Part shown: piece by piece, positions 1 to 10,359 of the stretch
How positions within the stretch are numbered: position 1 is the first letter of the stretch
Layout: every line of letters starts with the position of its first letter
Virus record (IMG/VR): IMGVR_UViG_3300013093_002697
Location: 1 to 35,275 of that record
Length of the DNA stretch: 35,275 nucleotides
Direction: 5' to 3' (one strand)
DNA from: a virus
Taxonomy: Duplodnaviria > Caudoviricetes
Position numbers and translations under genes: made by a program
The notes under the pieces: model-generated
What the model saw: the letters and a program-made list of their open reading frames with translations, nothing else
Told to the model about the DNA's origin: nothing
Database searches by the model: none

Positions 1-3000
1 CCTTCTAATGGATAGTGAGCAGGATAATATACATTGGCATGACTTATATAACCATAGTTATGAGACTGTGCTTGGATTGTTCCTATATCTAGTATACCAC
101 CATAGTTGATACTTGAGTCCAAGAAGGAAGCAGAGAGTAATTCTCCACTGGTATTGTTATAACTTTGGTCATAGAATGTTCCTTGATAAATATCACTATT
201 ATTGAAGCTATAATCATGGAAATCGGCAGTATATAATATACCACTGGCATTCTGAGATGTTCCATAGAATGATGCATTTCCTGCAATATTACCGGGAGTT
301 CCTTGTGCAATTGATAATGGTGCAGAAGGAGGAGTAAAGTTTTGTGTATAGATTGCTTTTCCTTTAATAATACGAAGTTCATCCATCCATCCTTGGAAAG
401 GATGGTTATCAAAACTATTTCCTATAATTGGTCTATATGGTATTGATTGATATGTATTTCCATCATTGTATGTTCCTTGTAGATTTCCATCTACAAAAAG
501 ATAGCTTGTTCCGTTTTGTCTAGAAACTGCAACATGATGCCATCCATCATATGGATATATACCATTATTACTACCAACGATAACATCCCCTTGTTGCCAA
601 GTGTTGAATGTTATTTGCCAAGGATTACAAGGACGTAGATATATACAGAAAGAATTTTGATTAGACCAATCTCTAGTATCAAATATAACCAGATTAGAAC
701 AGTTATATGTTGCCAATTGTAACCAAAATTCTATCGTAAAATCTCCAGTTCCAAAATTAAAATTATTACCAGCATTATTTGCAGGATATATTTCACTAGA
801 ATTTCCATCAAAATAAATAGAACTTCCACCAAATTTACTTTGACCATTATCAATATAAGGATAACCATTCCAACTAAAAGATGTATTATGATTTGAAGAA
901 TCAACAAAATTCTGAGATCCATAAGAATCATCAAAATGCATCAATAGCAAGGTATCAATAAACTGACCATTTGTTGCTGTATCATGAAACACAGCATTTC
1001 CAGAAACACTACCAACATTCAATGATGTACCAGCAAAAATTGCAGAGTTTGAAACAACAGAAGAATTGATTGATGATCCATTAAATTCGGCATCAAATAC
1101 AACACCATTTAAATTTTGTGTTGAATCATTAAATGTTGCTGTACCTAAAACTGAACCTGTTTTACTAACAGGTGATGGTGGAAGTGTGAATGGAGCAGTT
1201 GGAGGTGTAAAATTTGATGTATATGCTGCATATCCATTAATAATTCGGATTTCGTCAATATAACCATCCAATGCTATATTGGAATTACCATAATAATTTC
1301 CTATCTGGAAAGTATCTCCCCAATAAATTGGTTGTGTTGTATCACCAAAAGTAGATGCTCCTGTATTTTGTCCATTTATGAACATCTGAAGATTACCATT
1401 TTGACGAGTTACAGCAACGTGGAACCATTGATTTGTATAAGGAACGCCTTGACCATTGTTTAATCCAAGATCCCAACTAGAACCACCCGGATTATTTGCA
1501 CTATGACATAAAAATTGAATATATCCGTTAGTCTCTACATAAAACAACCAGCCAGAAGCATCTTCACTGTTTTGTGTTGTATTCATAAACCACTGATAAC
1601 CACCAGTATTATTAAGCCACAACCAACATTCTATAGTAAAATCACCTGCAAAGCCTAAAGTAGGATCACTACCTATTGTTAATCCATTGCCTCCATTAAC
1701 ATTTAAACTTCCAGATCCAAATTTTGCCTGACTTGATGCTATAACAGCACCATTAGTATTAAATTGTCTATTGAATGTTGAAGAATCATTGAAATTCCCA
1801 TCAAAATGCATCAATAAATCTACAGTTTCTCCATTTGTTGAAGGAACTTCTCCATTAACTGCAAGATTACTGAATATTGCATTTCCAGAAACACTACCAA
1901 CATTCAATGAGTTATTATTAAATCCAACATTACCAAATATTACAGGATCTAATCCATCAACAGGTACAAGCATTACTGTTGGTGTTAAGAAATTTGCAGT
2001 ATAAAGAGCTTTTCCATTTACAACACGAAGATCTTCTATCCAACCGTTATATGTATCTGTTGATCCATTAGTATCTGTTCCTATATAACTATTTTGGAAA
2101 TTTCCAAGATCACTTGTATTTGCAAATGCACCATTAGCAACACCATTTACATAAAAAGTTATTGTTCCATTTTGTCTAACTAAAGCAAGATGTGTCCAAA
2201 CATTTGATGCAACTGCAATTGAACCATAACTTGTAGAATTGGTATTTGCGTCATAAAAATAAAGATATCCACTGTTATTTTGAATACCAAAATCAAATGA
2301 AGTTGATGGTGTACCTCCAGCTACTATTCTATTGGAATAAAGTCCAGTGTATCCACTTGTACTAGCAAAAGCAACAGGATATACCCAAACTTCTACAGTA
2401 AAATCATCAGTTCCTAGTGTAATATCAGTTGTTGCGATTGTATTTGCATTAAGCCAAGAAGAACCATCAAGATAAAGGGAAGGAGGGCTATATCCAGAAT
2501 CTGTACTGACATTGTATAAACCATGATCTGTGCTTATATAAGGTTGACCACTAAATGTTATTGTCTGGTTATAAATTGATGCATCGGGAAATACTTGTGA
2601 TCCATTAGTACCACCGAAATTCATCATCAATACTGTATGGTAAGGATATTCAGTCAATGATCCATTTGTAGAACTGTCTAAGAAAAGAGCATTTCCTTTA
2701 ATATTTCCAAAATTATATGTAGTTCCATGAAATATTGCAGAATTTGAAACATTTAATGTAATTTGTTCTAATGAAGAATTTTCAAAGAAACTTGCATTAT
2801 GTGCAATCGCTTCTCCTTGAGAAACTTTAGTTATTTTATCATAAATCTTAACATCAATTCCTGATGTTGGGAGATATGTTACAGGAGCACCTATATCGTC
2901 TGTCCAGTTTGCTAAATTAGACCAATCTCCATCACCTGCTGCATTTGTAAATCTTACAGGATAGCCATGATATGTAAGTGTTCCTTGAACAATACCACCT

Positions 3001-3623
3001 AATGGTGAAGGAACGGGATACCAAACATCTGCATTTCCTTGAACTATACCAGAATTTGTTGAATTATTATAAAAATTAGCATTTCCAGTAATTGTCCCAA
3101 GAGTTCCAAAGAAATCAGCATTTGAGGAATTATCTAAAAAGGTTACATTACCCTGAAGAGTTCCTATATTGGAACTATTATTATAAAAAGTAAAACTAGA
3201 AAAGGCAAAAAGAGTAATAAAGTTCTTTGCATTGTCGTAAAAAGAATAAGAATGAGATTGTGCAAAATTTCCTGTATTTTGAGTTATATTTTCAAAAATT
3301 TGAACATTAAAATCACCAAGAGGAAGAATTGTAGCAGGTGATCTACCTTCTGCATCTGTCCAATTGAGAGGATTTGACCAATCACCATCTCCTGATGTAT
3401 TTGTAAATCTAATAGCAAGAACTTGTGGAACATAATCCCAAAGTTGAATAGCTTTATTAACACCATTTACACTTAAAAGTAAGAAAGCACCTGTTGCTGT
3501 TGCAGGATTATATAAAGTTTCTGCTCTGGCGTGTGTTAATTCTATTGTAGCTACCTGAACAGAACTCAACACAGAGACTGTACTGTTGAATTGTGCTGGT
3601 TGTGTTAGGATTTCTAATGACAT
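1..3623 (-). CDS. Large tail fibre/receptor-binding-like protein (3'-partial, >1207 aa) with three LamG (concanavalin-like) domains set in beta-helix repeats
   Basis: Absent from the ORF track because it runs off the window. ATG at 3623 (MSLEILTQPAQFNST...), frame read manually and open to base 1. Three LamG-type blocks (L[LM]MxFxG...DFT[IV]ExW...WxH[VL]AxxRQNG...GxI/MD/ExRI/VxxGxAxYTxNFxxP), two GDGDWSNxxNWTD modules, and FxxxSxNxGxVxGNA coils. Confidence 0.85.
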   Translation of the reverse strand, partial: MSLEILTQPAQFNSTVSVLSSVQVATIELTHARAETLYNPATATGAFLLLSVNGVNKAIQLWDYVPQVLAIRFTNTSGDGDWSNPLNWTDAEGRSPATILPLGDFNVQIFENITQNTGNFAQSHSYSFYDNAKNFITLFAFSSFTFYNNSSNIGTLQGNVTFLDNSSNADFFGTLGTITGNANFYNNSTNSGIVQGNADVWYPVPSPLGGIVQGTLTYHGYPVRFTNAAGDGDWSNLANWTDDIGAPVTYLPTSGIDVKIYDKITKVSQGEAIAHNASFFENSSLEQITLNVSNSAIFHGTTYNFGNIKGNALFLDSSTNGSLTEYPYHTVLMMNFGGTNGSQVFPDASIYNQTITFSGQPYISTDHGLYNVSTDSGYSPPSLYLDGSSWLNANTIATTDITLGTDDFTVEVWVYPVAFASTSGYTGLYSNRIVAGGTPSTSFDFGIQNNSGYLYFYDANTNSTSYGSIAVASNVWTHLALVRQNGTITFYVNGVANGAFANTSDLGNFQNSYIGTDTNGSTDTYNGWIEDLRVVNGKALYTANFLTPTVMLVPVDGLDPVIFGNVGFNNNSLNVGSVSGNAIFSNLAVNGEVPSTNGETVDLLMHFDGNFNDSSTFNRQFNTNGAVIASSQAKFGSGSLNVNGGNGLTIGSDPTLGFAGDFTIECWLWLNNTGGYQWFMNTTQNSEDASGWLFYVETNGYIQFLCHSANNPGGSSWDLGLNNGQGVPYTNQWFHVAVTRQNGNLQMFINGQNTGASTFGDTTQPIYWGDTFQIGNYYGNSNIALDGYIDEIRIINGYAAYTSNFTPPTAPFTLPPSPVSKTGSVLGTATFNDSTQNLNGVVFDAEFNGSSINSSVVSNSAIFAGTSLNVGSVSGNAVFHDTATNGQFIDTLLLMHFDDSYGSQNFVDSSNHNTSFSWNGYPYIDNGQSKFGGSSIYFDGNSSEIYPANNAGNNFNFGTGDFTIEFWLQLATYNCSNLVIFDTRDWSNQNSFCIYLRPCNPWQITFNTWQQGDVIVGSNNGIYPYDGWHHVAVSRQNGTSYLFVDGNLQGTYNDGNTYQSIPYRPIIGNSFDNHPFQGWMDELRIIKGKAIYTQNFTPPSAPLSIAQGTPGNIAGNASFYGTSQNASGILYTADFHDYSFNNSDIYQGTFYDQSYNNTSGELLSASFLDSSINYGGILDIGTIQAQSHNYGYISHANVYYPAHYPLE

Positions 3624-3644
3624 GGCTGATTATATATTACTTAT

Positions 3645-6600
3645 TTAGAAAGATATTCCCACAGTTGATCTTAATACATCTAAATCAAAGAAAGATTGTT
3701 TGAATTTTACTATACGATAAGGAATTCCTCCAAAATCCATAGCAAATACAAGAGGTTTACTTGGTGAATCTATACTTGATGAATTGAATTCTAAAATTTT
3801 TGGATATTGAGTTACTGTATCAAGGACATGTGACCATGTTCCATTATCTTCTTGAACTACTGTATATGAACCTCTATATGATGATGTTCCATTTGGTGAG
3901 AAAACAGATGATCTGTGATATGCAACACCGTTTATAGGATCAATTTCATAGATAACACCACGACATGCAGGAGCATTATTTCCGGGAAATCCATCTCCGG
4001 GTTGTGATTCGTCATCATATATTGATATTACAACGTTATTTGGATTATGAATAGGTGCAATTTCAGGATGCCATCTAGCATCATGGTTTCCAACTGTTCC
4101 ACTATATTGAAATCCATTATATGTGGGTTCATTATTGATGTTTGAATATGTAGCATTCATCCATTTTGTACTTGCTACTCTACTTCCATATGCTACAGAC
4201 TGTAAGGTTCCAGCACCATTAAGATAATATCTTCCACTTATTACCCATAATACGTTTTTACTGTCATGATCAATAGCAGCAACTGCCCCAACATGTCTCA
4301 TACTGATGAGTATTTGCCCAGTAGTAGGATGCACATCAATGGAATTGTTATGATAATAATCATACCAAGTATTATTAAAGCAATCATGTGAATGCCAATC
4401 CCATTGAACAGTATGTGTTGTATCCTGTTCTTGTAGGTAGAATCCGTTATTTGTATAAACGTGACCCATAATGTTTCCTGTTCTATTTGAAGGACCAGTT
4501 AATTCTTGACCTTCATGTACATCCCATCCTTCTACCCATGATCCATCATTATTTAAAAGATCATATGTAAAAGCCTGAATAGCATTTGCACTAAGTTGTA
4601 AAACTTTCTGTGGTCCACCATTTTGGTGTAAGAATATTCTATTACGATCTTTACCCTTATGTACACTGATTGTGTTATATCCACAATACCAAATAGGAAC
4701 ACCATTATGGTCATATATTACAGGATAATAATCATTATATCCGATAGCATAAAAACCGGGAACATATCCTGCTTGTGGTGATGTTGTAACATTTCCAAGA
4801 GGAACATTATTGTTTATAAATCTTATATAATAAATGTTGGTTGTATTATAAATCTGTAATGCCTGATCAACAGTTGCAGTACCGCTTGTGGTATTTCCGT
4901 TTATTGTTACACTATAACTAATACCAGAACCAGAACCACTATTTGTAACAACAGCATAATCTGTTGTATCGGGATTAAATGTTGGGAAAATAGTATTTCC
5001 ATTACATGAAACGGTAATACTTGTTATATTACTTGGACCTTCAATATTAATTAAATGCGAAGAAACTATAGGAGTTACATAACCAATATATGTGATGTTT
5101 CCATTTACAGTTCCACCGATTGGATTTGGTGATGGGTGATGAACTTCAATGTCAGAATTAATTGTTCCAGTATTTGTAGAATAATCATATAATCTGAAAA
5201 GATTTGATGCTCTTCCTGTTATAGTTCCATGATTGGAACTTTCTTGTGTTAATGTTACATTAGTCGCATTTAATGTTAGTCCTGAACCCCAAGCTGCATT
5301 ATCATAGAACGTAACATTGTTTACAGTTACAACATTTCCACTGACACTAGTTACATTAGAATATATTCCAATATTACTATTTGCATCTGGGAGATATACT
5401 ACAGGAAGACCAAAATCATCTGTCCAGTTTGCCAAATTATTCCAATTTCCATCATTGGCTGTACCTACAAATTTTGTAGCAAAATAACCACGATATGAAA
5501 TACTTCCATCAACTCTTCCACCAATTGGATAAGGAGAAGGATAATAAACTATTACATTACCAGCAACATGTCCTGTACTGTTTTGATTTATAGCACCTTG
5601 ACTGAAAGTTGCATTGTTGTAAACAGTTCCAGAATTTATAGCAGTTCCTGTGAACGAAGCATTACCATCTATTGTTCCTGTATTTGTGGAACTATCTAAG
5701 AAATTTGCATCTCCGCTTAATACTCCAGCAAATGTAGAATTTTGATGGAAGTATGCAGAATTGGAAACAACAAGAGTAGCTCCAGCACCCCAAGAAATGT
5801 TATCATAAAAATTAATTGTATTTGCAGCAGCAACACCTTCAGAAACTTGATTTACTGAATTGTAAAGACTTATGTCTGATTGATTATCAGGAAGATATGT
5901 TACTGGGTATCCATTAATGTCTGTCCAGTTATGAACATTTGCCCAATCACCATCACCTGTTGAATTAATGAAATTTACACCAACAATAATAGGTGTAAAC
6001 AATCTAATAGCCTGTACTTCTCCATTAATACTAAGGATGAGATAATTTCCATTTGCTGTTGTTGGTCTTTCTAAGAATTGAACTCTTGAGTTATAAAGAG
6101 CAAGTCCTGTTGCTGTGATTAGACCTTGTGAACAAAGACTATTAACAAATGTAGAATTGTTTCCAATTGCATTAATATTTGATCCTAATACAAAGCTATT
6201 ATTACCGCTTAATGAATTGGTATTACCACCTACAATAACAGAATAATTTCCTTCTATTGTGTTATTTGTTCCTTGTGTTGGAACAATATTATTACCAATA
6301 AGAGCATATGCAGAATTCTGACTTACATATGTAAAAAGTGATTCAAGACTGTTTCTGCTTATTCCATCAATTGTTTGAGCACTTCCTGTAATATCACCAA
6401 TAACAGTACCAGAAAGTGAACCAAGAATATTGGCTCTAAGGGTATCTATTTTAAATGTTGGATCACTGTAATGTAAAGTTGGACCATCTAAAGGCTCGGT
6501 TGTTAACCCACTAAAAAGAGACCAAACACCACTAAGTGCAGAACGTACAAGACCTGTATGTTGATATAATCCATTATTAAAGTGACCAACTAAACCAATA

Positions 6601-8072
6601 TCATAAACATTTCCTTGTCCATGTAATGATTCATTAAGATATATAATTGGAGAAGAAACTGTAAGAGTTGAAGTGTTTAAAGCAACAGAAGTTCCAGCAA
6701 CATATAAACTACCACCAACACTTAAATCACCGGGAGTTCTTAAGGTATTTGGTAATGAGATAACAGCACTTCCATCTGGATTATTCGAAACTGTAATTTG
6801 ATTATCTGTTCCAGAAATTCTTGCTTGAAGATATGTAGAACTATTTGCTACAAGATTTGTATATGCAGTATTTCCTCCAATCCATGATGCTGAATTTGAA
6901 TTAACATCAGTGTAAACACTGTTCCAATTAGCTGATGTATTGTTAACTAATGTATCAACTGCTAAAATGTTTCCACTGTAAGTGTTTACAAAGGTATTAC
7001 CAAGAGCACTTGTTCCATTTACATATGTATAAACAGCATTCCAATTACCTGATGTTTTATTTACTAATGTGTCAACTGCTACAATATTATCTTTATTATT
7101 AAGAATAAAGGTATTTGTTGAAGCTTGTATTGTACTGACACCATTAACATAAGAATAAACACTATTCCAATTACCAGAAGTGTTATTTACAATACTATTA
7201 ACAGAGGCATTTCCTGTTGATATATTATTAACATAAGAATAAACACTATTCCAATTACCAGAAGTGTTATTTACAATACTATTAACAGAGGCATTTCCTG
7301 TTGATATATTATTAACATAAGAATAAACACTATTCCAATTTGCTGATGTATTATTAACTAAAGAATTAACAGAAGCATTATTTGTGGAAATATAATTTAC
7401 ATATGAATATACACTATTCCAATTTGCTGATGTATTATTAACGATTGTATTAACTGATACAATATTTGCACTATTTGCTAATATAAAAGCTGTAGCTAAT
7501 TGTTGATTTGCTTCTATAGAACTATTGTTTATGACATAAGAATATGCAATGTTCCAATTTCCAGAAGTGTTATTAACAATCGTATCTACTGCTAAGATGT
7601 TTGCACTGTTTGCAAGAACAAAACCTGTAGTTAATTGTTGATTTGCTTCTATAGAACTATTGCTTATAACATAAGAATATGCAGTATTCCAATTTTGATA
7701 ATCATTTTTTACAATATTATCTACAGTTATAATATCATTACCATTTGTTGTTGTAAAATAAAATGCATAGTCCCAACCTTCATATTTGTTTGCTACTATA
7801 GCATCATTTTCTAAAATAGAATTTCCATATATATTAACAAAAGAATAAGCATTATTCCAATTTCCAGAATTACTTTCTACATTAGTTAAATTGTTCAATA
7901 TAGAATTAAAAGAATCATTGCTCACTGCACTTAATCCAACATCATTGTTGGTTAAAACAACATCTCCTACTCTTCCGTTTACGGTATTGACCATTCCGCC
8001 ACCACCTTCTGCAATCTGAATAGAATCTCCAGCATTATCTGGATTTGGAACTATAATAATTGTGTCGCTCAT
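3645..8072 (-). CDS. 1475-aa tail fibre-like protein: fibre head motif, SxNWNxxY repeats, beta-helix modules, cadherin-like sandwich, C-terminal arylsulfotransferase-like domain
   Basis: VNTVNGRVGDVVLTNNDVGL (common fibre motif), many SGNWNSVYSYV repeats, two GxWxNxxNWTD modules, TIFPTFNPDTTDYAV (cadherin-like), and ASST motifs DVHE, YYHNNS, ISMRH, GNHDAR. Confidence 0.8.
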   Translation of the reverse strand: MSDTIIIVPNPDNAGDSIQIAEGGGGMVNTVNGRVGDVVLTNNDVGLSAVSNDSFNSILNNLTNVESNSGNWNNAYSFVNIYGNSILENDAIVANKYEGWDYAFYFTTTNGNDIITVDNIVKNDYQNWNTAYSYVISNSSIEANQQLTTGFVLANSANILAVDTIVNNTSGNWNIAYSYVINNSSIEANQQLATAFILANSANIVSVNTIVNNTSANWNSVYSYVNYISTNNASVNSLVNNTSANWNSVYSYVNNISTGNASVNSIVNNTSGNWNSVYSYVNNISTGNASVNSIVNNTSGNWNSVYSYVNGVSTIQASTNTFILNNKDNIVAVDTLVNKTSGNWNAVYTYVNGTSALGNTFVNTYSGNILAVDTLVNNTSANWNSVYTDVNSNSASWIGGNTAYTNLVANSSTYLQARISGTDNQITVSNNPDGSAVISLPNTLRTPGDLSVGGSLYVAGTSVALNTSTLTVSSPIIYLNESLHGQGNVYDIGLVGHFNNGLYQHTGLVRSALSGVWSLFSGLTTEPLDGPTLHYSDPTFKIDTLRANILGSLSGTVIGDITGSAQTIDGISRNSLESLFTYVSQNSAYALIGNNIVPTQGTNNTIEGNYSVIVGGNTNSLSGNNSFVLGSNINAIGNNSTFVNSLCSQGLITATGLALYNSRVQFLERPTTANGNYLILSINGEVQAIRLFTPIIVGVNFINSTGDGDWANVHNWTDINGYPVTYLPDNQSDISLYNSVNQVSEGVAAANTINFYDNISWGAGATLVVSNSAYFHQNSTFAGVLSGDANFLDSSTNTGTIDGNASFTGTAINSGTVYNNATFSQGAINQNSTGHVAGNVIVYYPSPYPIGGRVDGSISYRGYFATKFVGTANDGNWNNLANWTDDFGLPVVYLPDANSNIGIYSNVTSVSGNVVTVNNVTFYDNAAWGSGLTLNATNVTLTQESSNHGTITGRASNLFRLYDYSTNTGTINSDIEVHHPSPNPIGGTVNGNITYIGYVTPIVSSHLINIEGPSNITSITVSCNGNTIFPTFNPDTTDYAVVTNSGSGSGISYSVTINGNTTSGTATVDQALQIYNTTNIYYIRFINNNVPLGNVTTSPQAGYVPGFYAIGYNDYYPVIYDHNGVPIWYCGYNTISVHKGKDRNRIFLHQNGGPQKVLQLSANAIQAFTYDLLNNDGSWVEGWDVHEGQELTGPSNRTGNIMGHVYTNNGFYLQEQDTTHTVQWDWHSHDCFNNTWYDYYHNNSIDVHPTTGQILISMRHVGAVAAIDHDSKNVLWVISGRYYLNGAGTLQSVAYGSRVASTKWMNATYSNINNEPTYNGFQYSGTVGNHDARWHPEIAPIHNPNNVVISIYDDESQPGDGFPGNNAPACRGVIYEIDPINGVAYHRSSVFSPNGTSSYRGSYTVVQEDNGTWSHVLDTVTQYPKILEFNSSSIDSPSKPLVFAMDFGGIPYRIVKFKQSFFDLDVLRSTVGISF
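7143..7340. repeat. Exact 84-bp tandem repeat (about 2.4 copies) encoding the 28-aa unit NTSGNWNSVYSYVNNISTGNASVNSIVN
   Basis: attaacataagaataaacactattccaatt begins at 7143, 7227 and 7311 with identical intervening sequence; degenerate copies flank it. Confidence 0.9.
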
Positions 8073-8431
8073 CTTGTGAAGTGTGAAATTACTGGAAATA
8101 ATCCTGTGAAATAGGTTTTTACATATCCACTAGGATATAGAACCTTTAAATCATAGTTATAATTACCAACAGGTATATTTACTACTTGTGTAGGTATAGT
8201 TATTGTTCCTGCTGAAGCTGGGTCCATTATGGTTATGCCTTGATTGCCACTTGTGCTTAAAGTCAAAACAGAAGGGCTATCAATAGATAACCTTACTTGC
8301 ATTCTTACTTCTGCATTAGTCAAATCTATAGCACTACCTAAATGGGTAAATGTAACAGAAGTAAGACCTTTCCAAGTGTCTCCTTGGATGTGAACTGGAA
8401 AATTATATACAGGCGTAGGATTATCTGGCAT
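8069..8431 (-). CDS. Small Ig-like virion protein (BppU-N-like)
   Basis: QGDTW...IDLTNAEVRMQVR...GTITI...GNYNYDL pattern typical of phage baseplate/fibre-associated beta-sandwich proteins; ATGA overlap with the 1475-aa gene. Confidence 0.6.
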   Translation of the reverse strand: MPDNPTPVYNFPVHIQGDTWKGLTSVTFTHLGSAIDLTNAEVRMQVRLSIDSPSVLTLSTSGNQGITIMDPASAGTITIPTQVVNIPVGNYNYDLKVLYPSGYVKTYFTGLFPVISHFTR

Positions 8432-8463
8432 ACCTATATACTTATGTCAAAATATATTCTTTC

Positions 8464-10344
8464 TTATGCAGTTGTTTCAGCTTCTGGTGCAGGGGCTGCT
8501 TCGCCACCAGCAGGGGGTTCTGTTCCTGCTTCTGGAGCAGCACCAGCCTCACCTTCTGGTGGGGTGGAAGATCCACCACCACCTCCACCAAATTCAGGAA
8601 TACTGGAAGCAGAAATACCACCTCCACCGCCCCCGCCACCACCGCTTGGAGCACCAGTTTCAGTAGCTGCATTTTCAGCAGCTTCTAGGTGTTCTCTCCA
8701 ATTCGGACCACTACCTTCAATTTGACTGAGTTCCCACTTCAAAGCAGCGTCTTTACGCTTCCATTCCATATTCTCACCAATCTTGGCATCAGAATAATCA
8801 AGATAATGTCTTTGAGCAAATGTGTTTGAAATACCATCATTATTACTCATGTCTTGGAAGTTCTTGAGCTTAAGTTCAAGAAGCTGTTGCTGACGAAGAG
8901 CAAAGAAGTTAGAAGGAGGTGTAAAGTGTAGATTAATATAGGACTCATGGAGTTTAAGTTCTTTCCACCAACCTCTTAATTTTAAATGAGTTACAAAGGA
9001 ATCTTTAAGACCTGTAGCAATTTGTTGTTGAACTCTGCAAATGAATTTAGCAAATCTAAGTTCTTGTCTTAACATTTCTGTACCATCTTTAAATGGTTCA
9101 TTAGGATTGAGTCTTGTTTCAGGAACCTTAAGACTCTTATAAAGTTTATTAACAAAGTACATGAGGTCATCAAGTTTTCCAAGATTTTGACCACCATTCA
9201 TCATTTCGACATCTGATCCTACTTCACCATTTCTTCTAGCGAACCAATAAGAATCCAACATTGTCTGTGGATTGTAGATATTACCAGCACCCGGACTATT
9301 AGCATCAGCATTATAAGTTTGCTTGCTCCAATATTGTTGCATAAGTTGTTTCATATATCCTTCTGCTTTTGCGGGAGGCATATTACCAACATCAATTTTA
9401 AACTTCAGACGCTCTGGAGCACGAACCATTCGGTAAATGATAATGGAATCTTCCAAGAGAGAAAGTTGTTTGTATGCTCTACGAGCATTTTCAATGAAAG
9501 GAATACGAATAGATTGATCTTCATTCCACATTCCAGAATGGATGTAGGTAATCTGATTACCTTGGAGTGTAACAATCTGTTGCTGAAGAGAATTTACAGG
9601 ACTTACATTGCTCTGAACTTGTGAAAGAGCAGCAGCAGGATTGTTTGTCATATCAATAGGTTTTTGAAAAACAAAGTTTTCAATAACACTATTCTGAACA
9701 TTATCATAGATTGGATTAATAAGTTCACCGGGAATTGAAAGTATACCAATTATCCCTAATTCTCTTTTTTCTTCATGAATAACATTTTCAAAGAAAATCT
9801 CTCCTTCTGAAAGAAGTCTTCTTCCATATCCCCAACCTTTGTTTTCTAAATCAAAAATGTTTACAAACTTATGAAATTCTTTTAATAATTCATTCTTAAC
9901 CTCTTGTGTTAATCCAGAAAAACTCGAAAAATTAAGATGAATAACTTTTCCATTTTCATCCTTAACTATGAGTTCATCACAAATTTCATCTAAGCAATCT
10001 GAAATTTCTGCATAAGAAGCCATTCTACGATATTCAGACAAACGTCTTATTTTATCGGAATCAATATTGGCATAGATATAACGATGATAAGCATGATCAG
10101 AAGTAAATGAACCGGGATTATAATATTCTCCGAATTCATTACGCATGAAAGGTCCAGTAAGGACTGACTGTTGCATGACCTTGAGTTCGTTTCTCTTAGC
10201 CAAACGATCAAAAAGTTCATACTTCGGATTACTGATATCGGGTGTTACTGCACCTGCAATATAAGGAAGTCTCTGTAAAATCTGAGACACAAAATTCCTA
10301 CTATAATTAGGAACTCTACTTGAATTGTTTGTTAAATCAGCCAT
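8464..10344 (-). CDS. gp20: T4-like portal vertex protein with a low-complexity Gly/Ala/Pro/Glu C-terminal tail
   Basis: QLSLLEDSIIIYRMVRAPERLKFKIDVGNMPPAKAE, MLDSYWFARR, GGQNLG and YFVNKLYKSLKVP are hallmark gp20 motifs. Confidence 0.95.
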   Translation of the reverse strand: MADLTNNSSRVPNYSRNFVSQILQRLPYIAGAVTPDISNPKYELFDRLAKRNELKVMQQSVLTGPFMRNEFGEYYNPGSFTSDHAYHRYIYANIDSDKIRRLSEYRRMASYAEISDCLDEICDELIVKDENGKVIHLNFSSFSGLTQEVKNELLKEFHKFVNIFDLENKGWGYGRRLLSEGEIFFENVIHEEKRELGIIGILSIPGELINPIYDNVQNSVIENFVFQKPIDMTNNPAAALSQVQSNVSPVNSLQQQIVTLQGNQITYIHSGMWNEDQSIRIPFIENARRAYKQLSLLEDSIIIYRMVRAPERLKFKIDVGNMPPAKAEGYMKQLMQQYWSKQTYNADANSPGAGNIYNPQTMLDSYWFARRNGEVGSDVEMMNGGQNLGKLDDLMYFVNKLYKSLKVPETRLNPNEPFKDGTEMLRQELRFAKFICRVQQQIATGLKDSFVTHLKLRGWWKELKLHESYINLHFTPPSNFFALRQQQLLELKLKNFQDMSNNDGISNTFAQRHYLDYSDAKIGENMEWKRKDAALKWELSQIEGSGPNWREHLEAAENAATETGAPSGGGGGGGGGISASSIPEFGGGGGGSSTPPEGEAGAAPEAGTEPPAGGEAAPAPEAETTA

Positions 10345-10359
10345 TTTAATTTATATTTA

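Noticed and set aside
89-3466. Short ORFs listed in the first 3.5 kb
   Set aside because: Alternative-frame or antisense fragments inside the single long minus-strand gene starting at 3623.
7143-7340. Possible CRISPR-like array (regular direct repeats)
   Set aside because: The intervening sequences are identical, the period is an in-frame 84 bp, and it lies inside a CDS; no unique spacers.
8342-8725. Overlapping Pro/Ala-rich ORFs
   Set aside because: By-products of the GC-richer low-complexity 3' end of the portal gene.
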